From contig MU053934.1 in assembly GCA_013239625.1 (NCBI GenBank), positions 1,581,285 to 1,602,093 on the forward strand: 20,809 nt of DNA, in the 5' to 3' direction. Below the pieces are notes generated by a model that had not been told where the DNA came from, searched no databases, and worked only from the letters and a program-made list of their open reading frames with translations. This document shows positions 19,548 through 20,809 of the stretch, piece after piece (position 1 is the stretch's first letter; each line of letters opens with the position of its first letter). This DNA is from Lama guanicoe. Lineage: Eukaryota. A program made the position numbers and the translations under genes.

Positions 19548-20213
19548 TTAATTGTTGAAATAACATTCTGGTGCCTTGTAGGCGAGCTGTACCCAGTTCA
19601 GCCTGGAACTCCTAGTGGTAGAAACGGCATCGCTATGAGTTGTGGTGAAAGTCTTAGTGAGGTTTGTCAGAGGTAAAGCCAGGTGCTGGATGGGGCCAGG
19701 ACACAAGCAGAGCCAGCAGTCTTTAGCCAGGTCTGGATTGGAATGACTGAGAATCCCATGGACTGCGGCTAACAGCCCATTTATTTGTGGATCCAGATCC
19801 CGAGGCTCGGCTAAAGATGGAAGTTTTATTGGCTTCGGGGTAGGTAATAACTTCCAGTGTTGCCTCTGGACTGCTTGTTGGACTGCTTGCCGGCGTGCCT
19901 GGTCCTGTACGCCCCCTCCATCACTCATCCCATAATGTGTTTGCTTGGTCCAGCACACCAGCTTGCCGGGTGTGTCATAGCATTTGATGCTAGATACATA
20001 ATAAGCCTTAATTGTGCCAATCCAGTAGGATTTTCCCTGATATGTGCACTCTGCAGCAGAGTCATAGCATTGACTCGGCTGATAAGTATAAGCTGAAAAT
20101 ACAGGCCGGTATATGGACCACCTGTCACCCGGTTCCATGCAGGTGCACTGTACAGCCAAGGAGAGTGAGGACATTAGCATTAGTAACATCAGCCTTATGA
20201 TTATCTTAGACAT
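19548..20213 (-). CDS. Open 221-aa N-terminal Env ORF (signal peptide, RBD and CWLC; no TM), expression unknown
   Basis: MSKIIIRLMLLMLMSSLSLA-VQCTC...PECYFNN*; A at -3 of the ATG; 666 nt including stop. Confidence 0.45.
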   Translation of the reverse strand: MSKIIIRLMLLMLMSSLSLAVQCTCMEPGDRWSIYRPVFSAYTYQPSQCYDSAAECTYQGKSYWIGTIKAYYVSSIKCYDTPGKLVCWTKQTHYGMSDGGGVQDQARRQAVQQAVQRQHWKLLPTPKPIKLPSLAEPRDLDPQINGLLAAVHGILSHSNPDLAKDCWLCLCPGPIQHLALPLTNLTKTFTTTHSDAVSTTRSSRLNWVQLAYKAPECYFNN

Positions 20214-20221
20214 GATGCTGC

Positions 20222-20683
20222 NNNNNNNNNNNNNNNNNNNNNNNNNNNNNNNNNNNNNNNNNNNNNNNNNNNNNNNNNNNNNNNNNNNNNNNNNNNNNNN
20301 NNNNNNNNNNNNNNNNNNNNNNNNNNNNNNNNNNNNNNNNNNNNNNNNNNNNNNNNNNNNNNNNNNNNNNNNNNNNNNNNNNNNNNNNNNNNNNNNNNNN
20401 NNNNNNNNNNNNNNNNNNNNNNNNNNNNNNNNNNNNNNNNNNNNNNNNNNNNNNNNNNNNNNNNNNNNNNNNNNNNNNNNNNNNNNNNNNNNNNNNNNNN
20501 NNNNNNNNNNNNNNNNNNNNNNNNNNNNNNNNNNNNNNNNNNNNNNNNNNNNNNNNNNNNNNNNNNNNNNNNNNNNNNNNNNNNNNNNNNNNNNNNNNNN
20601 NNNNNNNNNNNNNNNNNNNNNNNNNNNNNNNNNNNNNNNNNNNNNNNNNNNNNNNNNNNNNNNNNNNNNNNNNNNNNNNNNNN
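20222..20683. other. Assembly gap (462 N)
   Basis: Run of N. Confidence 1.
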
Positions 20684-20809
20684 TTCCAATCCTCATACCT
20701 GGTCACCTGGTTTATGGGGATGCACTTGAACCCCTAATGAAATGGGGGTTTTCTCTATCACCCAACCCCAAACTTCTCGTAGTACTTTTCCTAGTCCCAA
20801 CAGAACAGT
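20684..20809 (-). pseudogene. pol: ERV pol, integrase C-terminal fragment, disrupted
   Basis: Reads TVLLGLGKVLREVWGWVIEKTPISLGVQVHPHKPGDQV* (TGA 20693-20695), resembling the class I IN motif HPFKPGDxVWVKxW. The expected 'DW' follows in a shifted frame, implying a small deletion. Confidence 0.85.

Larger units (their letters stand above)
18661..20213 (-). pseudogene. env: ERV env (gamma-type, RDR/ASCT-receptor group), with one frame break at ~19548-19611
   Basis: ATG 20213, signal peptide, SDGGGVQDQAR 19893-19925, CWLC 19707-19718, furin site RIKR 19282-19293, fusion peptide, ISD [17 protein letters not shown] 19042-19092, CX6CC, TM anchor, YEPL tail motif. Span is 1553 nt; adding 1 nt gives 517 codons plus stop. 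Confidence 0.95.
18174..20809 (-). mobile_element. Class I (gamma-like) endogenous retrovirus, 3' part of provirus (pol end, env, PPT, 3' LTR); continues beyond the window
   Basis: Canonical order on the minus strand: integrase C-terminus, env, polypurine tract, LTR. Confidence 0.96.

Noticed and set aside
19537..19550. Programmed -1 frameshift at the T7 run restoring full Env
   Set aside because: On the minus strand the TAA stop comes before the T run, so ribosomes would terminate first.
18661..19566. Independent 301-aa gene starting MLFQQ
   Set aside because: It is the out-of-frame continuation of env; the ATG is incidental and there is no signal peptide.
19548..20696. 382-aa ORF (and 162/166-aa ORFs) in the track
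   Set aside because: They are artefacts of translating through N; the supportable env start is the ATG at 20213.

Overview
Mammalian genomic DNA, most likely camelid (tRNA-Ala-derived vic-1-type SINE, Tigger1a_Art-type MITE, cetartiodactyl-type L1 3' ends). It starts with the last 34 codons, stop and 3' UTR of TOM1 (+ strand), followed by intergenic DNA; in other mammals HMOX1 comes next. Bases ~0.9-9.4 kb are GC-rich with ancient MIR/L2/MLT1 repeats and scattered CTCF/AP-1/ARE motifs. Bases ~9.4-18 kb are a pile of nested transposons, including an L1 inside an L1 with two TSD pairs and a CCAAT/octamer-rich ERV1 solo LTR inside an old L1. The right end holds the 3' part of a minus-strand class I ERV: integrase tail, assembly gap, env, PPT and 3' LTR. 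The env is the highlight. Its receptor-binding domain resembles syncytin-1/HERV-W and carries the ASCT1/2-binding motif SDGGGVQDQAR. One frame break splits it into a 221-aa secretable SU-only ORF (suppressyn-like architecture) and an otherwise open SU-C/TM frame that reads through the PPT into the LTR. Repeat subfamily names and protein comparisons are from memory of consensus sequences, not from database searches.
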